A stretch of DNA of 64,000 bases. It comes from Pirellulales bacterium. GTDB lineage: Bacteria > Planctomycetota > Planctomycetia > Pirellulales > PALSA-1355. Positions within the stretch are counted from its first letter, which is position 1. Every line of letters starts with the position of its first letter. The stretch lies in assembly GCA_963733035.1 (NCBI GenBank), contig CAVTBU010000004.1:352001-416000 (forward strand), in the 5' to 3' direction. The notes beneath the pieces were generated by a model. That model saw only the letters and a list, made by a program, of their open reading frames with translations. It was not told the origin of the DNA and searched no databases. The translations under genes and the position numbers were made by a program. Below, piece after piece: positions 42,716-51,150 of this stretch.

Positions 42716-45219
42716 ACCTGCTATTCCTCATTGCGCGCGGCTGGCGGCAGCGTCCGGGACGCACCATTTTATCGGCAGCGAGCGTGACGATCGCCATTGC
42801 CGCCGTGCTGGGCACGGCCCTCGCGCAATCGAGCGTGCGGCGTGGAATGCGCGAACTGACGCGTGTCGTCGACAAATATCCGGCGGTCGAAGTCGTTTCT
42901 GCGTCAGGCGGCCGATTCGAGTCGTCTCACGCGCCAAATCTCTCGCAATTGCCAGGCGTCCAGAGCGTCGTTCCCGTCGTGGCCAGGGCCACCATGGCCA
43001 GGGTCAATGGCAAGCGATTTCGCACGGTGCTCGCGGGCCTGCCGGTGTCGAACAAGACGGCGTGGAAGACGCTCGCGGTGGCCGAAGGCCGCGCGTGCGA
43101 TCGGGAAGGCCAGGCAATACTCTCGTCCTCAGTGGCCAAGAGCATCGGGGCGGGGCTCCAAGATCGTGTCACCGTGATCACGCGACGGGGACCGCGCTCG
43201 GCCACAATCGTCGGAATCGCCGACGCCGGAGCTTTGGCAGCCTATGCGCCGGGGGCGGGCCTCGTCATGCCGCTGACGGACGTGCAAAGCTACTTCGGGC
43301 TCACCGGTCAGCTTGACCGCCTCCGTGTGTTGCTTCACTCACCGGATGACCGCCAGGAAGTTCTGGACGCCGTGGCCGGGCGGCTTCCTGACGCGTTAAC
43401 GGTGCAAGCCCCGTCAACACCGACGGAGATGATCGACACAACGTTGCGCTCCACCGAACTGGCATTGAGGCTGGCCGGGGCGCTATCGATGGCGATGGCC
43501 GCGTTCATTATCTTGAACACGTTACGTTTGAATTTTAGCGAACGGCGTCGCGATTTTGCCGTTGTCCGCGTGCTTGGTGCAACTCGAAGGCAACTGGTCG
43601 GACTACATCTACTCGAAGGTCTCTGTCTGGGGGCCATCGGCGCGATGGTCGGCGTCCCGCTCGGCTTCGTCGTGGGGCGCGGCCTGGAACACGCCATGGC
43701 CGCGCTACTCGGAATCGAAGCCATGACCGCCGAGACGCCCTTTGGCGTGATTATCTTCGTCTTGGTCTTGGGGCCCGCCGTCGCCGCGCTAGCCGCGCTG
43801 GTCCCGGCACTGCAAGCCCGCCGCGTGTCGGCCAGCGAAGCCATGGGAGAAACGGAACTTCGGCGCGCCGAGCACTTCCCCTTGTGGGCCGCGGGCCTGG
43901 GCGTGTTGTCCTGGTCTGTCGCCGTCACGTTGGTGCTCCTGGTCGTCCAAGGGCGACTTCCTCCCGAGGCGGCAATTCCGTCGGGTTTGTTGATGCTCGT
44001 GGCCTTTATTACGGTGATTCCCGCCGTCGTCAAACCGGTGGTGCGAGCCGCGGGCTGGGGGCTTTCGCCATGGTTGCGAACCGAAGGAGAACTGGCCGCC
44101 GATCAACTGTTGGCCCGCTCAACTCGCACCGGCCTGACTGTGGGAGTGTTAGTCGTGGCGCTTTCATCCGGCCTCGGATTGGGCACCGCGATCATCAACA
44201 ACGTCGACGACGTTCGCGGTTGGTATCGGCGGTCGCTCTCGGGCGACGTGTTTCTGACGAATTCGGCCGCCTCCGAGGAAACAACCGCCGCGCCAGGTCC
44301 TGGCTTAGGATCGCAACTGGCCGAACAGCCGGGTGTCCAACGGATTGTCGAAATACGCCTGCTGTCGGCCAAGGCGGAAGGGCAGCCAGGCATGTGCGTG
44401 GTGCGCAATTTTGATCCCGAGGTTGAACTTCCCTGGATACTCTCTCCGTCGGCGGAGACGGAACTGCGAGCGAAGCTCAAGGCCGGCGAAGTTGCACTGT
44501 GTGGCGTCATGGCAAAAAAAATTGGGCTCGCGCCCGGCGACCAATTGCGCCTAGAAATCCAAGGCCGGGTATTCTCGTTGCGGGTTGCCGCTTTGGTGAA
44601 TGACTACATGCTTGGCGGCCGCGTCGTTTACCTCGACCAAGCGGCGGCCGAAAAGTTGTTCCCGCTCGGTGCGGCCAGTTTCATGATCGTGCAGGCAAGA
44701 CCGGACACGTCGAGCGATGAGCTAGCCGCCACACTTGAAAAACGCTTCGACGGCCAGGGTATTGTCGTACAGTCGTTTGCCGAAATGCGCCATCAACTCG
44801 ACACGTTGATCGATGGCGTGGTGGCCGCGCTATGGGGCCTGTTGGCGGTCGGTTTTCTCGTGGGAGGTGTCGCCGTGAGTAACACGCTGACGCTCAACGT
44901 GCTCGAACAGACGCGCGAACTGGGACTTCTCCGCATCATCGGCATGACGCCCGGCCAAACGAGGCGTCTCGTCTTTTGCGAATCGCTGTTGCTCGGCCTG
45001 CTGGGAGCGCTGATGGGAACACTGGGCGGAATTACCACGGCCATTGTGATTCACTACTGCAATGAACCGGTACTAGGTCGTTCCATCCCGCTTCAGCTGC
45101 ATGGTTGGCTGTTGGCGGCAAATGCGGGGGGCTGCTTGCTGATTGCGCTTGCGGCTGCCTGGAGACCATGCGTCTGGGCGACGCGTCTTAACGTGCTATC
45201 AGCCATTGCGTACGAGTAG
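42712..45219 (+). CDS. ABC transporter permease, duplicated MacB_PCD/FtsX type
   Basis: ATGA overlap with the ATPase stop. Two FtsX-like repeats are visible (ERRRDFAVVRVLGAT, EQTRELGLLRIIGMT), ending AIAYE. Confidence 0.9.
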   Translation: MNLLFLIARGWRQRPGRTILSAASVTIAIAAVLGTALAQSSVRRGMRELTRVVDKYPAVEVVSASGGRFESSHAPNLSQLPGVQSVVPVVARATMARVNGKRFRTVLAGLPVSNKTAWKTLAVAEGRACDREGQAILSSSVAKSIGAGLQDRVTVITRRGPRSATIVGIADAGALAAYAPGAGLVMPLTDVQSYFGLTGQLDRLRVLLHSPDDRQEVLDAVAGRLPDALTVQAPSTPTEMIDTTLRSTELALRLAGALSMAMAAFIILNTLRLNFSERRRDFAVVRVLGATRRQLVGLHLLEGLCLGAIGAMVGVPLGFVVGRGLEHAMAALLGIEAMTAETPFGVIIFVLVLGPAVAALAALVPALQARRVSASEAMGETELRRAEHFPLWAAGLGVLSWSVAVTLVLLVVQGRLPPEAAIPSGLLMLVAFITVIPAVVKPVVRAAGWGLSPWLRTEGELAADQLLARSTRTGLTVGVLVVALSSGLGLGTAIINNVDDVRGWYRRSLSGDVFLTNSAASEETTAAPGPGLGSQLAEQPGVQRIVEIRLLSAKAEGQPGMCVVRNFDPEVELPWILSPSAETELRAKLKAGEVALCGVMAKKIGLAPGDQLRLEIQGRVFSLRVAALVNDYMLGGRVVYLDQAAAEKLFPLGAASFMIVQARPDTSSDELAATLEKRFDGQGIVVQSFAEMRHQLDTLIDGVVAALWGLLAVGFLVGGVAVSNTLTLNVLEQTRELGLLRIIGMTPGQTRRLVFCESLLLGLLGALMGTLGGITTAIVIHYCNEPVLGRSIPLQLHGWLLAANAGGCLLIALAAAWRPCVWATRLNVLSAIAYE

Positions 45220-45439
45220 TTCTCGCTCACTTATAGTTGCCCAAACTACCCCGGCCGATGCGACGGACTGTAGGGATTGTGTAACTTCGGCAGCAGTCTC
45301 TCTAGACTCGCCTTGGCCTGCCCGATTTGACAGCGGAAGTGCTGGAAACTCTGGATGCACGTCCGAATTCCTTCGATTTGGGCCCAAAAGTTGCCGTTAA
45401 AGTTTGACTGGTTCGCCAGACACCCACAATCGCCGCGGC

Positions 45440-45467
45440 TTGACACTCTCCAAAGTGAGAAGATAAT
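45440..45467 (+). promoter_or_regulatory. Sigma70-like promoter upstream of the aminotransferase operon
   Basis: TTGACA-16 nt-GATAAT in a relatively AT-rich intergenic region. Confidence 0.5.
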
Positions 45468-45572
45468 GGCCGCTTGATGTAAAGATGCGGGCGATGCGAC
45501 AAATGGCGTAAATGCATCGATCCAATTGACTTTGAAACTTTTGGCTACCTCCAACGGTTTAGGCAGTTGTAG

Positions 45573-46928
45573 ATGACCCAGCTATCGAACGGAAAAGTGT
45601 TAGAGACGACCACCACCGGTTCCGAGCGACTGCTAGCACGTGCTCGGCAAAGTATCGCCGGTGGAGACAACAGCACGATGCGTGTCCTGCCGTACCATCT
45701 GCCGCTGGTCGCTACTCGCGGCGAAGGCTCGCGGATCTGGGATGTCGATGGGCAAGAGTACGTCGACCTGAACATGGCCTATGGGCCGCTGATCTTCGGG
45801 CACCGACCGCCGGCAATCGTAGATGCCGTCGTGCGTCAAATCACTGAGAGTGGCTCGCAGCTCGGCTTCCCGGCCGAGGTCTCTGTGCGGGTGGCCGAGA
45901 AGGTCAAGCGGCTATTTCCGCACATCGACTTGCTGAGGTTTTCAAGCACGGGTACCGAGGCCATCGTGGCGGCGCTGCGGTTGGCGCGAACGTTCACGAG
46001 TAAGAAATACGTGATCGCATTTGAGGGCCATTACCACGGCTCGAGCGACAACATCTTCCATCGCTACCATGCACCGCTCGATGAACTACCCTCGGGGCCC
46101 TATGGGCCGGCCTTGCCGGGTACGTTGGGCATGAACGGAGCGCCGCGCGACGTGTTGGTCTGTCGCTGGAACTCCCCCGAGGCGCTGGAGCAGTGTCTCA
46201 ACGACCACGCCGGTCAAGTAGCAGCGGTCATCATGGAACCGGTCATGGGCAACGGTGGCGTTGTTCCGCCAAACCCTGACTTTTTGGACATCGCCCGCGC
46301 GTTGACCAAGGAGCACGAATCCTTGTTGATCTTCGACGAGGTGATTACGGGCATGCGGGTGGCCGCGGGGGGAGCTCAGGAGCGATTCGGCGTTGAGGCC
46401 GACATCACGATTCTCAGCAAGGCCATGGGAGGCGGGTTCCCCATTTCAGCCCTGGGCAGCACGCGTGAGATCATGCAGTGCATTGCGGAGGGCAAGCTGT
46501 TCCACGGCGGCGTTTATTCGGGCAATACCCTGGTGATGGCCGCCGCCGACGCCGTGCTGGACGAAATGCACCGCGACGGCGAGGCAATTTATGCTCATCT
46601 GGAAAGCATTTCGACTGCCTTGGCGACGGGAGTGGACGAGATTTTCAATCGGTTGGGAATCCCGCATCAGGTACAATATGTGGGCCCGATGATCTCGATG
46701 CTGTTGACCCATGAAGACGTCGGCCCGCTGACGAACTACCGCGAAGTGCGCGCGAGTTGCGACTTCGACAAGTTCATCCGCTTCCAGCATCAGTTGCAAC
46801 GATCGGGCGTGTACTTTCACCCGAACCAATTCGAGCCGATGTTCCTCTCCACCGCGCACTCGCATGCCGACATCGCCAGTGTCCTGGATCGGATCGAGGA
46901 CGGTGCTCGCGCCGTGCTGTTGGCCTGA
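45573..46928 (+). CDS. Class III PLP-dependent aminotransferase (GSA-aminomutase-like)
   Basis: YVDL..AYGPLIFGH, STGTEA, FEGHYHG, EPVMGN, LIFDEVITG, SKAMGGGFP (PLP Lys) and GVYSGN motifs. Confidence 0.92.
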   Translation: MTQLSNGKVLETTTTGSERLLARARQSIAGGDNSTMRVLPYHLPLVATRGEGSRIWDVDGQEYVDLNMAYGPLIFGHRPPAIVDAVVRQITESGSQLGFPAEVSVRVAEKVKRLFPHIDLLRFSSTGTEAIVAALRLARTFTSKKYVIAFEGHYHGSSDNIFHRYHAPLDELPSGPYGPALPGTLGMNGAPRDVLVCRWNSPEALEQCLNDHAGQVAAVIMEPVMGNGGVVPPNPDFLDIARALTKEHESLLIFDEVITGMRVAAGGAQERFGVEADITILSKAMGGGFPISALGSTREIMQCIAEGKLFHGGVYSGNTLVMAAADAVLDEMHRDGEAIYAHLESISTALATGVDEIFNRLGIPHQVQYVGPMISMLLTHEDVGPLTNYREVRASCDFDKFIRFQHQLQRSGVYFHPNQFEPMFLSTAHSHADIASVLDRIEDGARAVLLA

Positions 46929-46932
46929 GAGC

Positions 46933-48396
46933 ATGGACCTGTCGCCACAACCGATCCTGGACGCAGCCGAAAGGTATCGGGGCACGTTTGTCGATCTCGA
47001 TGCCGGGCTCGTCGTCGACGCGGCCGATTTCCATGCCGCGCGTTTCCAACTCGCCGAACGCCTCAGTTCGCTCGGGCTATCTCCTGGCGAGCGGGTGGTT
47101 GTCTCGGTCGGAAATGGCCCCCAGTTCGTGGTCACGCTGCTTTCGGTTTTAGCTGTCGGCGGATCGCCACTGCTGGTGCATGCGAAAACACCGGCCGCGG
47201 AGCTGAAACGGACGGCACTGCGGTATGGCGCGCATCTGGTTCTCAGCGATGAATGCCCGCTCGCGGATCTTGAAGCCGCGGGCTTGCCAATTGCTGCCCT
47301 GTCAGCCGGCGAGTGGCTGCGACTTGGCGCGGGTAAAATCGATCCTGGCTTATCGGGCTTCAACGGTGGCTACGTCGAACTGGCCGGAGTGCCACTTCAT
47401 CCCACATCGGGCACGACGGGAGTTCCCAAAGTTGCCGTGCGGCCAGGGCTCGCCGCGACAGAAGAGGCCCGGCATTACATCGAAACAATCGGCATTACCG
47501 CCGACGATACCATCATGGCCATCGCGCCGATGTGCCACGCCTACGCGTATGGGATGTGCGTCATGGTGCCATTACTAAGTGGCGCGTCGATCGTCTCGAT
47601 GCGCGGCTTCCAGGCGAGTAAGGTCTTTCAAGCGGTCGGCGATCATGCGGTCACGATTCTGCCCGCCGTCCCGGCGATGCTTGACGTGCTGCTATTCGGG
47701 GCCGGAGATCGCCTGCGCGGTGCCGCGCGGACCGTGTTATCCGCCGGCTCCCCGCTGTCCGAGCGAACGGCCGAACGTTTTCACGGGAAGTCGGGCCTGA
47801 GGGTCCGGCCGCTCTACGGCACGACGGAAACCGGCGGCATCACGGTCGCTCCCCCGGGCGAGCTGCAGATCGCCGGCAGCTGCGTCGGCCCGCCGATGGA
47901 AGGCGTCGAAGTCCAGGTTCGCCCCCACCCGGCCCATGCCGATTCGCAGCCCGGCGTCGGCAGACTATTTATCCGATCGAGTTCCATGATGGCCGGTTAC
48001 CTGGGGACTGACGGCATCGATGCGTCCATGCTGACCGATGGCTGGTTCGAGACGGGCGATTTGGCGCGGCTCGACGATTCGGGTTTCATTCACCTGTTGG
48101 GGCGCGAAGCCGAGGTCATCAACGTCGAAGGACTGAAAGTCATTCCCTCGGAAGTCGAGGAAGTTATCGCGGCGATTCCGGGAGTCGTCGAAGTCAAGGT
48201 GTATGCCGGAACGCGTAAGAGCGGGGGGCAGTACATCAAGGCGGCGGTCGTCGTCGATAATGGATTGGACGTGCAGGTCATCCGCGCCCACTGCGAACGA
48301 AATCTCGTCTACTACAAACGGCCGGAGCGGATTCTGCCGCTCGACGCCCTACCACGCTCGGCTGCCGGAAAGATCCTTCGCGAGCAGTTGCCGTAG
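46933..48396 (+). CDS. ANL-superfamily AMP-dependent acyl ligase/synthetase
   Basis: TSGTTGVPK, YGTTE, TGDL, GR..EVINVEGLKV.PSEVE and LPRSAAGKI motifs. ATG 46933 lies 4 nt after the previous stop. Confidence 0.9.
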   Translation: MDLSPQPILDAAERYRGTFVDLDAGLVVDAADFHAARFQLAERLSSLGLSPGERVVVSVGNGPQFVVTLLSVLAVGGSPLLVHAKTPAAELKRTALRYGAHLVLSDECPLADLEAAGLPIAALSAGEWLRLGAGKIDPGLSGFNGGYVELAGVPLHPTSGTTGVPKVAVRPGLAATEEARHYIETIGITADDTIMAIAPMCHAYAYGMCVMVPLLSGASIVSMRGFQASKVFQAVGDHAVTILPAVPAMLDVLLFGAGDRLRGAARTVLSAGSPLSERTAERFHGKSGLRVRPLYGTTETGGITVAPPGELQIAGSCVGPPMEGVEVQVRPHPAHADSQPGVGRLFIRSSSMMAGYLGTDGIDASMLTDGWFETGDLARLDDSGFIHLLGREAEVINVEGLKVIPSEVEEVIAAIPGVVEVKVYAGTRKSGGQYIKAAVVVDNGLDVQVIRAHCERNLVYYKRPERILPLDALPRSAAGKILREQLP

Positions 48397-48409
48397 CCCG
48401 GGAGTCGAC

Positions 48410-49258
48410 ATGCAATTGGGCAATTGGCAACTCGACACGATCAACGGCGGCCTGTTTCGATTGGACGGCGGCGTCATGTTTGGCGTCGTGCCGCGAACCA
48501 TCTGGAAAACCGTCGCGCCGCCCGATGAGATCAATCGCATCCAGTGCGCCAACAACTGCGTGTTGGCCCGCGATGGAACGCACACGGTGCTGATTGATAC
48601 CGGTTACGGTGGCAAATTCGCGCCCCTCGACCGGCGGTTCTACGCAATGGAAGAAGGAGCGCCGCTACTGAAGGGTCTGGCCGAACTCGGCGTGGCACCC
48701 GACGAAATTGACACCGTCGTTTTCAGTCACTTGCACTTCGATCATGTCTGCGGTGCCACGGAATTTGATTCGGCTGGTCGGCGTGTGCCAATCTTTCCGC
48801 GGGCCCGCCATATCGTCGGCCGCACCGAGTGGGAAGACGCAACCTCCGGTTCGCCGGAACTCGAAACGGCGTATCCGATGGAAGACATTCTGCCACTCTA
48901 CGAAGCGGGACTAATGCTGGTCGTCGAAGACCGGCAGGAAATCGTGCCGGGCTTGCGCGGTGAGGTCACTGGCGGTCATACGCGCGGCCACATGGCGCTG
49001 TTTTTCGAGTCGGGGGGCCAAACAGCGGCCTATCTCGGAGACATCTGCCCCTCGACCGTCCACCTGCGACGAATGTGGCACCTGGCCTACGACACCTATC
49101 CGCTCGACACGCGTCGCCGCAAACCCGAGTTGTTGGCCCGGGCCGTGGACGAGCAGTGGTGGATCATGTGGAATCACGATCCGCGTGTGAGTGCCAGCCG
49201 GGTCGTGCGCGATCCGAAGCGCGAGTTCGTCCCCATCGAGGCTCACCCGAGGGCCTAG
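48410..49258 (+). CDS. MBL-fold metallo-hydrolase, YtnP-like (lactonase/amidase-type)
   Basis: GGAG RBS and ATG at 48410. FRLDGGVMFGVVP, LIDTG, SHLHFDH, GGHTRGH, GD and the C-terminal HD are present. Confidence 0.9.
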   Translation: MQLGNWQLDTINGGLFRLDGGVMFGVVPRTIWKTVAPPDEINRIQCANNCVLARDGTHTVLIDTGYGGKFAPLDRRFYAMEEGAPLLKGLAELGVAPDEIDTVVFSHLHFDHVCGATEFDSAGRRVPIFPRARHIVGRTEWEDATSGSPELETAYPMEDILPLYEAGLMLVVEDRQEIVPGLRGEVTGGHTRGHMALFFESGGQTAAYLGDICPSTVHLRRMWHLAYDTYPLDTRRRKPELLARAVDEQWWIMWNHDPRVSASRVVRDPKREFVPIEAHPRA

Positions 49259-49348
49259 TTCGGTGGGCGGTAACGGTTGCGGAATCCGCAAAACCTGCCT
49301 GTCCAGAACACCCAATCCAATACCCGCAGTTTACTCATTTACGCCATG

Positions 49349-49377
49349 TTGACGTTGTCAAAACCCACTTGTAGAAT
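49349..49377 (+). promoter_or_regulatory. Sigma70-like promoter for reductase-PKS operon with palindrome over the -35
   Basis: TTGACG-17 nt-TAGAAT, with a TTGAC-GTT-GTCAA inverted repeat at 49349-49361. Confidence 0.6.
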
Positions 49378-49476
49378 CGGGGCTTACGCCGCCTGCCTCC
49401 CGCCTGCAAGCCTTGCTGCTGGAAGGCGGTACGACGTATCAAAATCGAATACTCCGGCAATAGAGAATCTCCGTTT

Positions 49477-50960
49477 ATGTCCTACCTCCTGCTGACAGGT
49501 TCGACAGGTCTCGTTGGCCGCCATTTGCTAAGAGACTTGCTGGCAGCCGACGTTCCGGTGGCCGCCATGGTTCGCCCCGGCAAGGGCGCCGCCACACTCG
49601 AGGGCATCATGGGCCACTGGGAACAGCAGGCAGGGCGGCGCTGCCCCGACCCGTGGTCATCGGGGGCGACCTGTGCCTGGAGGAGGTCGTACCCGACGAG
49701 GCCCAGCGACGCTGGGTGGCGACACACTGCGACCGGATCTTGAGTTGCGCCGCCAGCATGACGTTTCGCGAAGATAAGCGCGGCGAGCCGTTCCGCACGA
49801 ACGTCGAAGGCACGAAGCATCTGCTCGAGTTGTGCCGCACGAGCGGAATCCGACACTTTCACCAGGTGTCAACCGCCTACATCTGCGGCCTGCGGCAGGG
49901 CAAGATTCTCGAAAGCGACATCGACGTAGGCCAGACGCTCGGCAATGTCTACGAGCAGAGCAAGCTAGCGGCCGAAAAGCTTATTCGCTCGGCTGACTTC
50001 CTTGATCAAAGATCGTTCTATCGTCCCGCCAGCGTGGTCGGCGACTCGAAGTCGGGCTATGTCACCAGTTTCCACGGCTTCTACTTGCCACTGCAACTGG
50101 CTCATGCGATGGCGGGCCGCGTGCCGGTGCGCCAGATGGACGAGCGGTTTTTCGCCAAGCTGGGCTTGCAGGGTCACGAAGGCAAGAATCTCGTGCCGGT
50201 CGATTGGTTGTCGGCGGCCATCGTGTATCTCGTGACGCATCCGGAGCACCACGGCCAGACCTACCACTTGGCCAATTCCGAGCCGGTGCCCGTGGTCGAG
50301 ATCCAGCGGGTGATCGCGGAAGCCATCGAGCGCTACTATCCAAAGCCGCTGGCCACGACGATCTCCGAACAGGAGTTGCAAGCCCTGGAGGGGATGTTCT
50401 ACGAATACATGACGATCTACCAGTCGCATTGGCGCGACGATCCAAAGTTCGACCTGACGAACACCCGCAGGGCATTGCCCCACCTGCCGTGTCCGCGAAT
50501 GACGTACGACGTGCTAATGAAGATTTCGCGTTATCCGGTGGAGCGGAATTTCATCGCTCCGCGCCACGAGAAACCTGCAGTGGCCTGCGACGTCGCTGAG
50601 CAGTTGGGTGAATTACTTGGGGCATCGCGCCCGACGAATGCGTCTCAAGTTGGTTTGCAGGTCACCGGTCCGGGCGGGGGCCAGTGGCAATTGCATCTGG
50701 CCGGCGGCCTCGTTTCGGCGGCCGAGCGTGGGCTGCCGACCGCGAGCGCGGCCGGTTTTCATTTGAACTCCGCCACGTTTCGTTCGCTGTTGGCGAGGGA
50801 ACTGTCGGTTGACGAATCGATCAACTCCGGCCGCCTGGTGGTCCAAGGCCCCAGCCAACGGCTCGGAGAATTGAAGAGCGCGCTTGAGCAAGTCGTATCT
50901 TCTCGAACCGGTGACCATCGGACCGTCCAAGCCATAAATGCCCAAGCGATGAAAGCATAG
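49477..50960 (+). CDS. Thioester/acyl reductase (NAD_binding_4 extended SDR) with C-terminal SCP2-like domain; frameshift at ~49638
   Basis: LLTGSTGLVG is in ORF 49477. CAA, NVEGT, VSTAY, YEQSK and RPASVVG are in ORF 49653. The C-terminal GLQVTGPGGGQW...SGRLVVQG is SCP2-like. One missing G restores GRALPRPVVIGGDL (~494 aa). Confidence 0.85.
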
Positions 50961-51012
50961 CTCAGACGCGTCGTCAGGCGGTCGACCACGCCTTGTTGGG
51001 CACGGCCGTCAC

Positions 51013-51037
51013 CCGCCCGGCAGACCTTGCCGGGCGG
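51013..51037 (+). other. Perfect 10-bp GC hairpin between reductase and PKS genes
   Basis: CCGCCCGGCA-GACCT-TGCCGGGCGG, with no adjacent U-tract. Confidence 0.5.
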
Positions 51038-51150
51038 CGCACGCGTTTCAAGACAAACTAGCCCAGGGAGGGAAAGCGTCCGCGGTACTATCGCCGCAAC
51101 CAGGGAGGTGAATTCAAACCGCAATCAGACACACGAAGTGAATCACCAAC

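Noticed and set aside
45573..46928. Calling the aminotransferase hemL
   Set aside because: The fold is the same, but the motifs diverge and the context is secondary metabolism, so the symbol is withheld.
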